The notes below the pieces were generated by a model that made no database searches, was not told the origin of the DNA, and saw only the letters and a program-made list of their open reading frames with translations. Positions 50,661 to 62,261 of a DNA stretch of 64,000 nt are shown here, one piece after another. Origin of the DNA: Felis catus (Eukaryota); contig NC_058368.1 in assembly GCF_018350175.1 (NCBI RefSeq), positions 153,266,001 through 153,330,000 of the forward strand, read 5' to 3'. A program made the position numbers and the translations under genes. How positions within the stretch are numbered: position 1 is the first letter of the stretch; each line of letters opens with the position of its first letter.

Positions 50661-53414
50661 AAGAATCCTGAGAAACTAAAAACATAATTTTCAATATGAA
50701 AATATAAATAGATAAGAAAATAAAATTAAGGAAAACCTCAAAATAGTATAAAGACTCAAGAAAACCTAAGACAGAAGAACTATAGGAAAAATAAAGAATT
50801 GTCTTAGAGATCCAAGATCTAAGATCTTCCAGGGGGAGAGGTCAGAGAAAATGGAGAAAGGAAATATTTAAAGAGCTAAAGGAAGCCTTGAGACCTTAAA
50901 TGTTTCTGACAAGTGGTAAGTAGAATAAATGAAAAAATGTCTTCACGTAGAAACAACACTGTGGAACTACAGAAAGCTTGGAATAGAGAGAAGAAATTCA
51001 AGGTGAGAAAAAAAGAAAAGATGGGATTGAGATTCAGGCTTCTATCTGATTTTTCATCTTCAGTACTGTTAAAACATATTGGGGGAATGCTGTCAAACCT
51101 TTTGAAAGAAAGTGATTTTCAACCCAGAATTCTATACCCAGCTTAAATATTAATTAAATGTAAAAGCAGAATAAAAACATTTTCAGGATTGTGAAAATCA
51201 ATCCATTTATTTCCCAGATACTCTCTCTTTAAAAGATACTAGAGAGGGGGTGGAATAAGTTAGGCACAAGAGACCTAGAAAACAGTGGCTTTCACCTAGT
51301 GTTGCAATGCAAGGAGGCTCCGTGATTGCTGTGCATTGTGTGACAGGCCTAGAGTGCGCTTGCTTCAGGGGACAGAGATCTCCTAGAAGAAGAAGTTTCC
51401 ATTGATCAGGTAGTATGTTTGACAGTTTTGGAAGAAATTATGGGAGATGATGAAAAACAGAAAGACAAAAACTTTAGGAAAAACACTGAGTATAGCAAAA
51501 GACATGTAATCTTTATCTGAATCATAAGTATATTACATTCTCTGCCATGAAGAATATTCCTATAGTCTTAATAATGCAAATGTTATTTATTTTTTATTTC
51601 AGTGTTAAACCTTTAGACAAACCCCAGGATAGTTAGATATGTACATGTTATCAATCCCAAGAAGGTAAAAAAGAAACCTACCGATGATAGCATTTAACAG
51701 CTACAAAGAGAAAGAAAGGAGAACAGCAAGGAGAATATATCCTCTTCTCACAACGTAGATGTTCATGTTGTCTGTCACTGATTTAAAAAAATTTTTTTCT
51801 GAAGCTTAAATATTTTACTTCAAGTCATGGGTATTTTAAGAGAGCTAAATCTTCACCCATCATAAGCAGGAAGTCAATGGACAGTATAGTTTCAGGCACT
51901 TAATATGCACTCAGTAAATGTCACATATTTATCTTGATCAAAAACCATTAAAGAATTATATTTAAGTACAATGTCCTCACTATGACCTTCATGATTCATG
52001 TTAATTTCAAAACAGGTACTTTTTTGGGTTTACTCTTCCTTATATGCTCCCTACTCCAGCCAAATGAAACCATATCCACCATGCAACCACTGGCACAAGA
52101 TAAAATTAATACAATTAATGTGAAGGGAGATTGGGGAGAATAAGGAGCATGGATTTTGAGAAACTGACATACCTTGATCAAATTAAATTTTATCAGTAGA
52201 GTTCAAACGACACACACTTTTTGTGTTGGCTAGTTTGAAAGCCTTTTTAGGCTAATCTTTGCTTGCAAAAAAAAAAAAAGGTCACATTTAGTCTGGCATA
52301 ACAGGGACTCTCTGTTTGCCAATAAGCCCTCTGGTAAAGTAGCTCTAATTAGAAACTTTGGAGTACTTTTCTTTACTCTCCTTAATATTGCAAATATCAT
52401 GAAAACCACAATGAGGAGTTGGAGGCAACATAAAGATTATTGGTGTCTACAAGCAGCATAACAAGAGTGATTCTTCCTTTTGTGCCCTCTGGCAATTTGG
52501 TTGGTTCACAAGGGAAGAATGACTCAGCTTGAAATACAGGGCAGTGATGGCTGGTAAAATCAATTGAAAAAAACTCCAGAAAGATCTTTGTTATATTTCA
52601 GGAGTACATATTTGTCATGGATGCAGACTGCAATCAGGTTATATTAGTGGTGTGGCTCTGGGCACCATGTTCTTCCCATCAATAATTTCGTAGCAGTTGG
52701 GTTCATTCTATGTAAGCAATAGAAGCCAACTGGGGCAAACTCTTGGCCCCATCAAAAACAATTGACAACAAATTATAATAAAATAGTAAGAAATAGTCCA
52801 AAATAGCTAAAAAGCATTAAAAATTTTAAACTTTCAAATAAAACAATGAATTAATAACACTTGGAAAGACACTGGGTAGCTCTTAGGACAAAAGAAATTA
52901 AACAATTGGGCCTTGGGAGGACAGCAGCTAGAGTTATTCTGGTATTCTTAGTGGACAAACACATCTGGTTAGTGTCTTCAAGCACGACTGAAATGACTCC
53001 GCCTCAACCACTTTTTGCATTTTTGGGACTCAACCCAGATTCAGATGTGCAGGACAGAAAGTAAAGAGTCATGTGTTTCACCCTTGGGAGGAAGGGGGAA
53101 GGGAAACGCTGGTTGACGTCCTGCAGAGAAATGTTAGTGAGGATGACAAGAGCTGGGCAAACAGAAACAGATGTCCACCACCAACTGTCAAGAACTTTTA
53201 AAAAGACATTACTATCTTGGAGAGGCCTCTCTGGTCCTACTCCTATCTCTGATAATATAAGGATTCTCTTGCCTTGATCCTAAGATATTTTCAGTTTGTC
53301 TCTCAATGTGGTCATAGTTTTAGCTATAATTTTTTTTCTTTATTTGAGGGCTTACTTTTATGGTCAAAGTAGTTTTGTGGTAGACTTTTGGTCTTACCCA
53401 GTACCGTAGATAGA

Positions 53415-53540
53415 ACATGTTCCTGTTGACATCTTGATTTTAGACTGCTAGACTCCAGAACTATGGAAGAATAAGTTTCTCTTATTTTAAGCCACCCAGT
53501 TTGTGGTACTCTGCTATGGCAGCCCCAGGAAATGAATTCA
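53415..53540 (+). mobile_element. MLT1 LTR 3' fragment
   Basis: 'gacatcttgattttagac...ccagaactatg...ttttaagccacccagtttgtggtac...ggcagccccaggaaa'. Confidence 0.8.
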
Positions 53541-53619
53541 CCCCCATCTCCTGTTTCCTTTTTTTAATTCCATCAGCCTCAGATTGTTACCATTACCAAG
53601 TACTTACCATTACTACAAA

Positions 53620-53790
53620 CCAGTACTGCCAATATTTTAATATGCACACAAATCAGTTGGAGATCTTGCTAAAGTGTTGATTCTTATATAGCGTTTCTGG
53701 TGGAACCTGAGAGTCTGCATTTCTTACAAGTTTCCAGGTGCTGTCCATGCTGCTGGTCCAAAGACTGTGCACACTTGGAGAAGCAACGCA
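53620..53790. mobile_element. MER5A-type MITE
   Basis: 'cctgagagtctgcatttcttacaagtttccaggtg...gctgctggtcc'. Confidence 0.7.
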
Positions 53791-54440
53791 TATGTAAGAG
53801 AGTCAGCAAGGAGAGGTCTCTTGTCAGATCTAGGCTTTTTGGCACAATGCTGACGGGGATAAAGTGGGAAAACTTATCCAGTGAGATGAAAAGAAAATAA
53901 GTAAACAAATAAAATATCCCAGGGAAGAAAGATAGGGAAATTTTCAGAATAGACTCCCAGATCATTCTCCATCTCCTGACCTCCTCCAACTCCCCTCACA
54001 TCCCCCAAAAGATTAAGGATGCAAAGATTTCAAATTTGCTTTCTAAAGACATAAATTTATCAATATAATACCAAGTTGCCATCTGATGTGGTCACTTTTA
54101 ATTGCATTTTTTAGATTGTGATATCCAAAGGAAACAGTACAGAGACTGAGAGATGAGTGGGTACCATAATAGAACAATACAAGAAAATGATCTTGAAGTT
54201 GATGAAGTTTCTATTGTATTTGGGAAGAGTGGCCTTTTGCAAAGGTCCAGAGCCGAAGTTTCAGAGCTTTTCAAATTGGCCTGCCTGTTTTTAGGTTTCA
54301 CCTTAAGAGATAGTGTTTCCCTATACATGAGGTCTGGTCCAGGAATTAGCATTTAAAGACTCTGTGGGTAATTCTGATGCAAAGTCAGGTTTAGGAAATA
54401 ACAGGTATGAAATAAGAAAATTTACTATATTCTTATGACA

Positions 54441-54671
54441 TTTTATTTTATTTTATTAAAAAAATTTTTTTTAACATTTATTTTTGAGACAGAGAGAGAC
54501 AGAGCATGAACGGGGGAGGGGCAGAGAGAGAGGGAGACACAGAATCGGAAGCAGGCTCCAGGCTGTGAGCCATCAGCCCAGAGCCTGACGTGGGGCTCGA
54601 ACTCACAGACTGTGAGATCGTGACCTGAGCTGAAGTCGGACGCTCAACCGACTGAGCCACCCAGGCGCCCC
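54441..54671 (-). mobile_element. Young felid CAN-SINE
   Basis: gagccatcagcccaga diagnostic; TSD gacattttatttta. Confidence 0.96.
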
Positions 54672-54880
54672 AACGACATTTTATTTTATACCCAGGTTTT
54701 TAATTAAAAAAATATTTCCATTAATATACAGTTAAGCAATATTGTACATAAAACCAATTTTAGAAATATGGTTGCCTGGTAACAGAACTTCAAAATCAAT
54801 TTGAGAACTGAAGTATTTTCCACCGTAAGGATTCTTCCTGGGGCCTTCGCAGAATATGTCTCCCACCCTCACCCTCTGGA

Positions 54881-55160
54881 CAGTAGTATTCAAACTTAAG
54901 TGTTCATAGGCATCTCTGATGGGCTGCCTAATAAGATGGATTTCGGGGCCCCACCACAAGACATTCTGAGTGTGTGGTTTGGAGTGGGGTCTAAGAACCT
55001 GCATTTTTGCCACATATCCCAGCCACTCTCCACACAAGTGGTCCATGGGCCGCAGGTGGAGACCTCCCGTGCTGTACTCTTGCTGTCCATGTGGAATCCT
55101 GCAGAGGAAGAGATAAATATGACGGCTCAAGAATCTGCATTTTAACAGCCTGTCCCAGGA
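54881..55160. mobile_element. MER5-type MITE remnant(s)
   Basis: 'ggagtggggtctaagaacctgcattttt', 'ctcaagaatctgcattttaacag'. Confidence 0.6.
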
Positions 55161-55559
55161 CCTTTCAAAGGGTAGTGACAGGCTGAAAAAGAGCATGGCA
55201 TCTAATCAGCAACTGAGATTGCAGATAATAACGTCTTTATGAAGTGTTCCCTGGTTTTTACAGTAAGTCACTCAAGCCAGCATATAATGCCAAGTTCCAA
55301 CCTGATTTGCGTCACTGCACTTGCGGGTTTGTGCCAAGACTGGTTATCAAACATATTGAAAAGATAACCTCAGAAAAAGCGGGATAAAAATACGATGCAG
55401 GCTTAGCTCGACAGAAGCAAAATCTGAGCGGAGGTCATCTATAAGTCACCGTGGAAGGACGATGTTCGGGATTTGTTCCAACAAGCCTTTGATGAAAGAA
55501 TTTGATTAGTGGGCCATTTAGCTCTTAAAGTCTAAGAAAACAAAGGCAGTCTCTTCCCT

Positions 55560-55990
55560 GTTTGGTCGGGATTCAAAAGCTGTAAAGTCTGCCCTGCTCT
55601 GCTGAAAGCGACGGGACTGGTCTGGCGTGCAGAGAAGGAAGGACTCGGGGAGCCGGCGGCTGCAAGGACAGGCGAGCGGGAGCCGCTGACGGGGAAATCC
55701 GCTGGCAGCGCGCGCGGTGAGTCAGCGCTGAGTCACGCCGGGCGCTACGTGCCGGCCAAGGCGGCGCGGCCCGGCCCCGACCCGCGGCCGCTGTCGGCCC
55801 GGCCCGCGGCTTCCTGGAAGACCCTCCCCGCGCCGGGAGCCGGCGTCACCTCCTCCGCCCGGCGGGGCCCCCGCCGTCGCACACTTGCCTGCAAGCACGG
55901 CCTCGCTCCATCCTGGTGACACGCAGGATTCAGCGCAGAGGGGAAGAGTCACATGTGACAGTTGGTTACAGAGTTGCGGCGGATGCTTCA
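55560..55990. promoter_or_regulatory. CpG island; candidate promoter/enhancer
   Basis: Only GC- and CpG-rich non-repeat segment in the window; AP-1/ARE x2 (55717-55736), TACGTG (55746-55751), TTCCTGGAA (55811-55819), GGGGAAATCC (55691-55700), GTCACATGTGAC (55948-55959). Confidence 0.85.
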
Positions 55991-56032
55991 ATCCCATGTG
56001 TTTCCTCAAAACTGAGATTCCATTTGCTCTGG

Positions 56033-56176
56033 CTTTTTTTTTTTTTTTAACGTGTTTGTTAGGTTCTTTTTTCTTTCTCTTTTTTTCTTTTCTTTTCCTC
56101 TCTTTTCTATTCTTTTCTTTCTCTTTTTTCTGTCTTCTTTTTTTTTTTTTTTCCTGGCAAAGGAGTAACACGCTGA

Positions 56177-56228
<52 letters not shown>
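56033..56228. repeat. Polypyrimidine tract ending in a ~50-nt poly-T run (56179-56228)
   Basis: Directly visible. Confidence 0.97.
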
Positions 56229-56231
<3 letters not shown>

Positions 56232-57208
56232 GTTTCCAGGCTTTTAAATGAAGCACAGGAAGAATGGATTAATAAAACATGTGTTGAAAATTATGCATCA
56301 AATCGTCACACTGCTTTGGAGTCTAAAATTATAATGTGGCTACAGCTGTAGCTTTGAATGCTGGGTAACGGGAGAAAAGATGTATTAACTCTGTTCTGAT
56401 TTGCCCGTTGTTAGTAGCAATACAAAACCTCCAAATTTTTGCTATTTTGTCCAATCAGCTTTTCTAATAACTAAATTATTCTAAAGACTGGAAACATATT
56501 TGATAATAATTTCATGTGGGGTTACTAAAGAACAGGGGAGCTATCTGTGATTTTCATACCTTCACTAATAGCCAGTTGTCCTGAGGTACAAATACTATTT
56601 TGTTGGTCTTATGAAATATTAATGGTAATGATTAAATCTATACTGAAAGTTGACTGCAGGTATTATGTCATTAAGTGTGGCTAGTGAGTGAGATAGTCCT
56701 GGTATAGGTGGGGGTAATTCTGATTCTGAGGCTGATTTTCAAGACAGAGTCAGACTGGGTCTTCAGAAGTTGTGCCAGCTGTTGCCAGTTGTTCTTTGGA
56801 AGAATTATATCCTTTTTTTATCCTGTGTGCATGTGAGATGATGCAAAACATTCGAGAGTTCTTGTATTTTGACAACTTTTCTTGCAGGGAAGGAGACTGG
56901 AGTAATTAGAGGTTGAACTGACCCACCAAGGTTGCAGAGAAGCAGGCTGCCCAATTTTGTATAAGAAGGGAAAAGCTACCAATCAAACAAAATAAGGAAA
57001 CATTAAAATAGTTGCTGAGAGGCCAGAAAAGCAAAATGAGTTATATGGACCAGAAATGGAATCTAATATACTTGCATTGTTTATAACCAGAAACATACTT
57101 AATGTGCAACCCTTTAAAAAAAGGACATTTCAAATTATTCTCACATAAAATATTTAAATGCTTAACTAAGCATACACATCATTTGACACTTAAAAAAAAA
57201 GTGTGCTT

Positions 57209-57410
57209 GGGGCACCTGGGTGGCCCAGTTGGTTAAGCATCTGGCTGTTGATTTTGGCTCAGGTCATGATCTGATGGTTCATGAGTTTGAGCCCTGCATC
57301 TAGCTATGCGCTGACAGTATGGAGTCTGCTTGGGATTCTGTCTTTCCCTCTCTCTCTCTGCCCCTCCCCTGCTCACATGAGCTTTCTCTCTTAAATAAAT
57401 ATATTTTTTA
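57209..57410 (+). mobile_element. CAN-SINE (tandem pair, first)
   Basis: TSD aaaagtgtgctt. Confidence 0.94.
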
Positions 57411-57423
57411 AAAAGTGTGCTTA

Positions 57424-57655
57424 GGGGCACCTGGGTGGCTCAGTTGGTTAAGCCTCCGACTTCTGCTCAGGTTATGATCTCACAGTTTGTGAGTTTGAGC
57501 CCCGCGTCAGGCTCTGTGCTGACAGCACGGTGGAGCCTGGAGCATCCTTCGAGTTCTGTGTCTCTCCCTGTTTGCCCCTCCCCCACTCACACACACACAC
57601 GCACACACATGCACACACACGCACTCTCTCTCAAAGGTAAATAAACATTTTTTAA
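57424..57655 (+). mobile_element. CAN-SINE (tandem pair, second) with CA-rich tract
   Basis: Full body and tail. Confidence 0.94.
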
Positions 57656-57739
57656 AAAGTGATTCTGATTTGCATTATTAGCTCATCCATGTTGATACTG
57701 CTTTGGCACTTACAGGCTCAAAGTTGAGTTTACAACCCA

Positions 57740-57950
57740 AGTTCACTTTACAACAGTGTGAACTTGGGCTAGTTTCTTAGCTTCACCAGGCCTCAGTTTC
57801 CTCCTCTGTGAAATGAAGATTATAATTACTATTTCATGGGCTTGAGGGAGGATTAAAAGAGATGCCTATAAAAGGTTTAACATAATGCCAGGCACATTTT
57901 TAAAAAATCCCTCAGTAAATGAAATATTATATCCTGTTGTCATTGTTATT
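57740..57950. mobile_element. MIR
   Basis: 'ggcctcagtttcctcctctgtgaaatgaagattataat' core. Confidence 0.8.
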
Positions 57951-58479
57951 GAACTTGATTGATTATGTCACAAAGATGTATTTTGTCTAGATCACAGCAC
58001 TAGTAAAAGCTTTGAGAATATATATATTACAAATATATTGGTTCTGTGACCTTGGGCAAGATCCTTGGGTATGATTGTAAAACTTCTGGGCAAGTGTTTA
58101 ATGATCTTTGATTATGAGAAAAGTTGGAAGAGAAATAAGGGAGGGTGAAATTAAGGGAATGCCTATAATCATCATTTGGCCAGCAAAATGGGAAGTGATG
58201 CAAAATGTCCAGGCAAGAGCCCTTTTCTGCTGTTCTCAGAGAGAGCAACTTTACAACAAAATAGCATTCAGGAGGCAGGGAGAATATAACACTTGTCCTT
58301 TAAATTATAGATCAATTATCTTGCCATGTAGTAATTCATTATTTTTTAGAGAGAGAAAGTTGGTTTTTTTTCAGGTATAAAGCTCTGAGTCCCCTACTCA
58401 TAAAAGGTTAACAGTCATTCTTTTGAAATAATGAAATATTTCTTTTAGAATTACCCTCCAAATAAAGCAACTGCTTTGT

Positions 58480-58709
58480 GTTTTTTTTTAATGTTTATTT
58501 ATTTATTTTGAGAGAGAGAGAGGGAGAGAGTGTGTGTGTGAGTAGGGGAGGAGGAGAGAGAGAGGGAGGGAGAGACAGAAAATCTCCAGCAGGATCTGCA
58601 CTGTCAGCACAGATCCTGATGTGGGGCTAGAACCCACAAACCATGAGATTATGACCTGAGCCAAAATCAAGAGTCAGACGCTAAATAGACTGAGCCACCC
58701 AAGTGCCCT
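58480..58709 (-). mobile_element. CAN-SINE
   Basis: TSD taaagcaactg. Confidence 0.94.
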
Positions 58710-58859
58710 TAAAGCAACTGATTTGTAAACAACCGCAGTCTCCTATTCAAAGAATGAAGGGTGAATATCATCACTAAAGCAACTGCATTTTATGAGAATT
58801 ATTTGCTATACTGGTTTTCCATTTATTTCCTTTTATAAATCCATTCCGTAATCTCTGAA

Positions 58860-59650
58860 GTTTTCAATACTAGACTCTGGAGACTGAAAAATGGACAAAA
58901 CAGACAAGCCGTGATCATAGAGGTTATGTTCTGGTAGGGAAAGCAAACGTTTAAAAAGCTAAGCAGCAAACAAGTTGAGTAGGTTTCAAAAATTCTAAAG
59001 AAATTGTTAAGTGCTGGAAAGGGAATTTCATAAGGTACAATCTTAGAGAATAGCAGAGGGAATTTATTTAGATAGATCAAAGAAAATCTCTCTTGAGTAG
59101 GTAACATTTAAGCTGAAACTTGAAAGGCAAGAAGGTTGCAGAAAGCAGGGGGAATATGTTTTAAGCAGAAGCCACCACAAGCGCGAAGACCTTGAGTTGG
59201 GAAAGCACCTTGGCTTGTTCAAAGAACAGCAAGCAAATGAGGGGATCGGTAACATGATGTGATGTCTGAGTAGTAAGGAAGCCAGATCCTTCAGAGCCTT
59301 GAAGGCCATAGCAAACAGTTTGGATTATATGCTCTGTAAAATTGGCAGTCATTGAGAGGTTTTCAGCAAGGGGTTCCATGATGTGATTCACATTGCTCGA
59401 AGACTGCTGTGTGGAGAATGCATTGCAGGAGACAGGAATGGAATGGGGGCACCTGTAGTGTAAGTACAACGGTGGAGAATGAAGGCTGATATTGTGATGG
59501 GTCTAGCAGTAGAAATAAAGAGAAGTGGAGGAATCTGAGTATTATGCTGGAGGTTGAAGAGCCAGAGTGAGCTGATAGATTGGAGTGAGAGTCAAGAACA
59601 AGTGACCTCAAAGATGACCTCTAATTTCCTGGCTGTTGAACATTTGGGAA
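58860..59650. mobile_element. LINE-2 remnant
   Basis: 'ggcttgttcaaagaacagcaagc', 'ttggcagtcattgagaggttttcagcaagg', 'tcaaagatgacctctaatttc'. Confidence 0.75.
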
Positions 59651-59919
59651 GTCACAAGTCCTTGATGTTTCCCTGGCCAATATTTACAGTCAAGAGTTCA
59701 GACTTATGTGTGAACCTGTGTGCACACACACATATACACACACTTATGAAAACACCCACTGCCACTTGTGAAAATAGAACACATGGAGAGGACTAAGGTG
59801 GCTAATAAAAATGACTCAGTGTGTGCCTAGGTGAAAGCCCCACACTTAATGGTGCTCATTTCTACCTCTGTACTTTTATACAGACTATTGTGAGGAACAT
59901 AATGCCTTCGTCTCTCCTC

Positions 59920-59972
59920 CCTTCTCCTCTCCTCTCCTCTCCTCTCCTCTCCTCTCCTCTCCTCTCCTCTCC
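59920..59972. repeat. (CCTCT)n microsatellite
   Basis: Directly visible. Confidence 0.95.
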
Positions 59973-60599
59973 TATACACTTTAATCTTAATGCACAGAGA
60001 CAGTCCCATTTTCTCTCTGAAACCACCACTGACACCAAGGTCAAATGGATCTCACTGTCTGCAGGATCCTGTAATGTACATTCACTGCCCATGGACAATT
60101 CTTATGACACTTGAACTTTGGTCATGTCACATGGCTATCCCAGTGATTTACATGTCTCCTAAATGTCTCTCCACCTCAACTGTAAACCCTCTTGAGACCA
60201 GAGACAGATTTTCATATGCCCATCATAACACCCACAATATCTGGCAGCATGCCCTGAACGCAGAATGGCCTCAACAAACAGCAGTGGAATCACTGGCGTT
60301 TTTACATGCACAGTAACTTGATCACGTAGTTAGATAATCCATATATTTAGTGTCTAGGAGATTAGGTCACAAAGAGATAGTAGTCTGACCAGATCATGGA
60401 ACTCATAAAAGCTTTGAGGATATATACCACATGCATGTGGGTTCAGTGACCTGGGACAAGATCCTTAATGTCTGGGCCTCCATTTCTCATGTAAAAAACG
60501 AAAAGGTTTAGGCCTTGTGATCCCGAAGTTGTTTCAGGATTTCTTTTTTAAAACCGATGTTACTGAATATTAAGAACGAGATACTGAGCTAAGTGAGCA

Positions 60600-60800
60600 G
60601 CATTGATATCTTTTATTTGATTTTTGTAAAAACAACTTCATGAGGTGAGGTGGTGGTATTTCTATTTTCACAGATAACGAAACTAAGATATAAGAAGTTT
60701 AAGTAACTTGCCCAAGGGTACTCACCTAACAAGCAGCAGAATAGAATTGGATTGGAATGCAAAGCCTGAGATCTTAATCGCGTAGCCATTCTGTCTCATT
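60600..60800. mobile_element. MIR
   Basis: 'ctattttcacagataacgaaactaagatataagaagtttaagtaacttgcccaagg'. Confidence 0.8.
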
Positions 60801-61800
60801 TCTTCTACACTCTTCATTTTTATAGACAGGCTGTGAATGAGAAAAGTTAGATATTTTACCCAGAATTTCACTTCCAGGAATTGGTAGAGGTTGATCTGGG
60901 TTCCAACACCAGCTCTCTTTTCCTTATGATATGCTGTAGGTGTCCGTTTTATCAAAGAATATTCAGGATAGGGTTGTTCCAGCCTATTTCAATGAGTATA
61001 TTGGTACTGAAAAGAATTTAGTAATGAATATAGTCAATTGTGTTTGTTGAATAAAGAAATGAATTTATCTTCTAGTTTTGAAAAGTACCTATGTGCTTCA
61101 TCAGTGCTAAGCAGAAGTCAGTGAAAAGGCAAGTACCAAGAAATAGAGAATCATAATGTACACCTGAAACGAATAAAATGCTGTATGCTCACTGTATCTA
61201 AAACAATAATAGCATCGTATACCCCACAAATGGCTTCTTCCTTACTTTCTTTTACCTTGCTAACAATTAGCAGGAGATTATCTATGAATGTGGAGATAGA
61301 GAGGGGAACATTTCCTAGTTCTCTGATTTAGAGATCTGTGATAGTCCATAGAGGAACAGACTTTGAAAATCTTTTCCTGTTTAAAAAAAAAAAAATGCAT
61401 CTTTAGACATTAGATACAGAAAGATTAAACCTAACAAGAACCTGAGAAATTCTGCCATTGTGTTTAGTAATGTGATGATACAACACTTCAGTAAAGCTTA
61501 TTTATTACTCAATGATTATGAAAAACTTCCTAGATATAATGCACCAAAGCCTCCACATATACTGGTCATGTTGTACCTAGGAGAAACAAAAAACACCATG
61601 GGGCCAGTTCTGATACCGTAATAGTGACTGCTAGGAGACTTCAGAGACGGGCGAGTTTACTTCTCAGAGTGGTACCATTCCTCTGCTACTAACTCTTTTT
61701 CTCCTTGACAATACTTAACACAATGTGACTGTTCTCACCCTGTAGAAATTTCCCCTTTCTTGGGGGAAACTGTTGACAGTTTGTTACCTGGTTTCTACTT

Positions 61801-62259
61801 TGTTGATGTAAGGAGGAAAAATAGCTTTTTCTTTTATACTTCTGAGTTCTCGGCTGGGGTCCCAGTAGCAAAAGACTGATTAAAAAGAGAAAATCATACT
61901 CATTTGTTTATTAACAGTTTCATGTGACATGGGAGCCTTCTTAAGGAAATGAAGGCCTGAAGATGTTAGACCTGAGTGATTTTAGGTTAGGTTTGACAGA
62001 GTGGAAGGTCGTGGGAAAATGCAATAGGGCCAAAAGGGGTATGAGCTTTGTGTGGTAAACTGGGGGAAACGCAAGGCTTATTCTCAGCATCTTAGAGATA
62101 AGGATGCATCTTTCCTCCAGGGATGAGGAGGTCATCCCTCACCTAAGGGGTTTTATGACCTGCCTTAGGGGACAGTCAGAGATTCCTTCCAACATTTGCT
62201 CTTTCTCAAATTCAATATGCCACAGTATCCTGTTTTGGGGCAGTGTATCCTGAACTCTG
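61801..62259. mobile_element. Solo LTR, MER34-like (ERV1 class)
   Basis: 'aaaagactgattaaaaagagaaaa...tttattaac...catgggag', 'aatatgccacagtatcctgttttggggcagtgtatcctgaac'. Confidence 0.65.
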
Positions 62260-62261
62260 TA

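Larger units (their letters stand above)
49400..51890 (+). mobile_element. HAL1-like (ORF1-only) LINE remnant interrupted by three SINEs
   Basis: L1 ORF1p C-terminal motif LLKESDFQPRILYPA (ORF 50913-51146), followed not by ORF2 but by a HAL1-like tail 'agagctaaatcttcacccatcataagcaggaagtcaatgga'. Confidence 0.6.

Noticed and set aside
54732..55196. 154-aa minus-strand ORF, the longest in the window
   Set aside because: Overlaps MER5-like relics, non-ATG start, no recognisable domain
55560..55990. Assigning the island to a known NRF2/hypoxia-induced lncRNA or gene
   Set aside because: No sequence match I can recall; needs a genome alignment
55722..56232. ORFs of 149 aa (minus) and 115 aa (plus) across the CpG island
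   Set aside because: Open only because GC-rich and poly-T/poly-A DNA lacks stops; poly-K/poly-F products
102..58709. Many 60-110 aa ORFs with GAWVAQSVK / LSLSLK motifs
   Set aside because: Chance translations of CAN-SINEs
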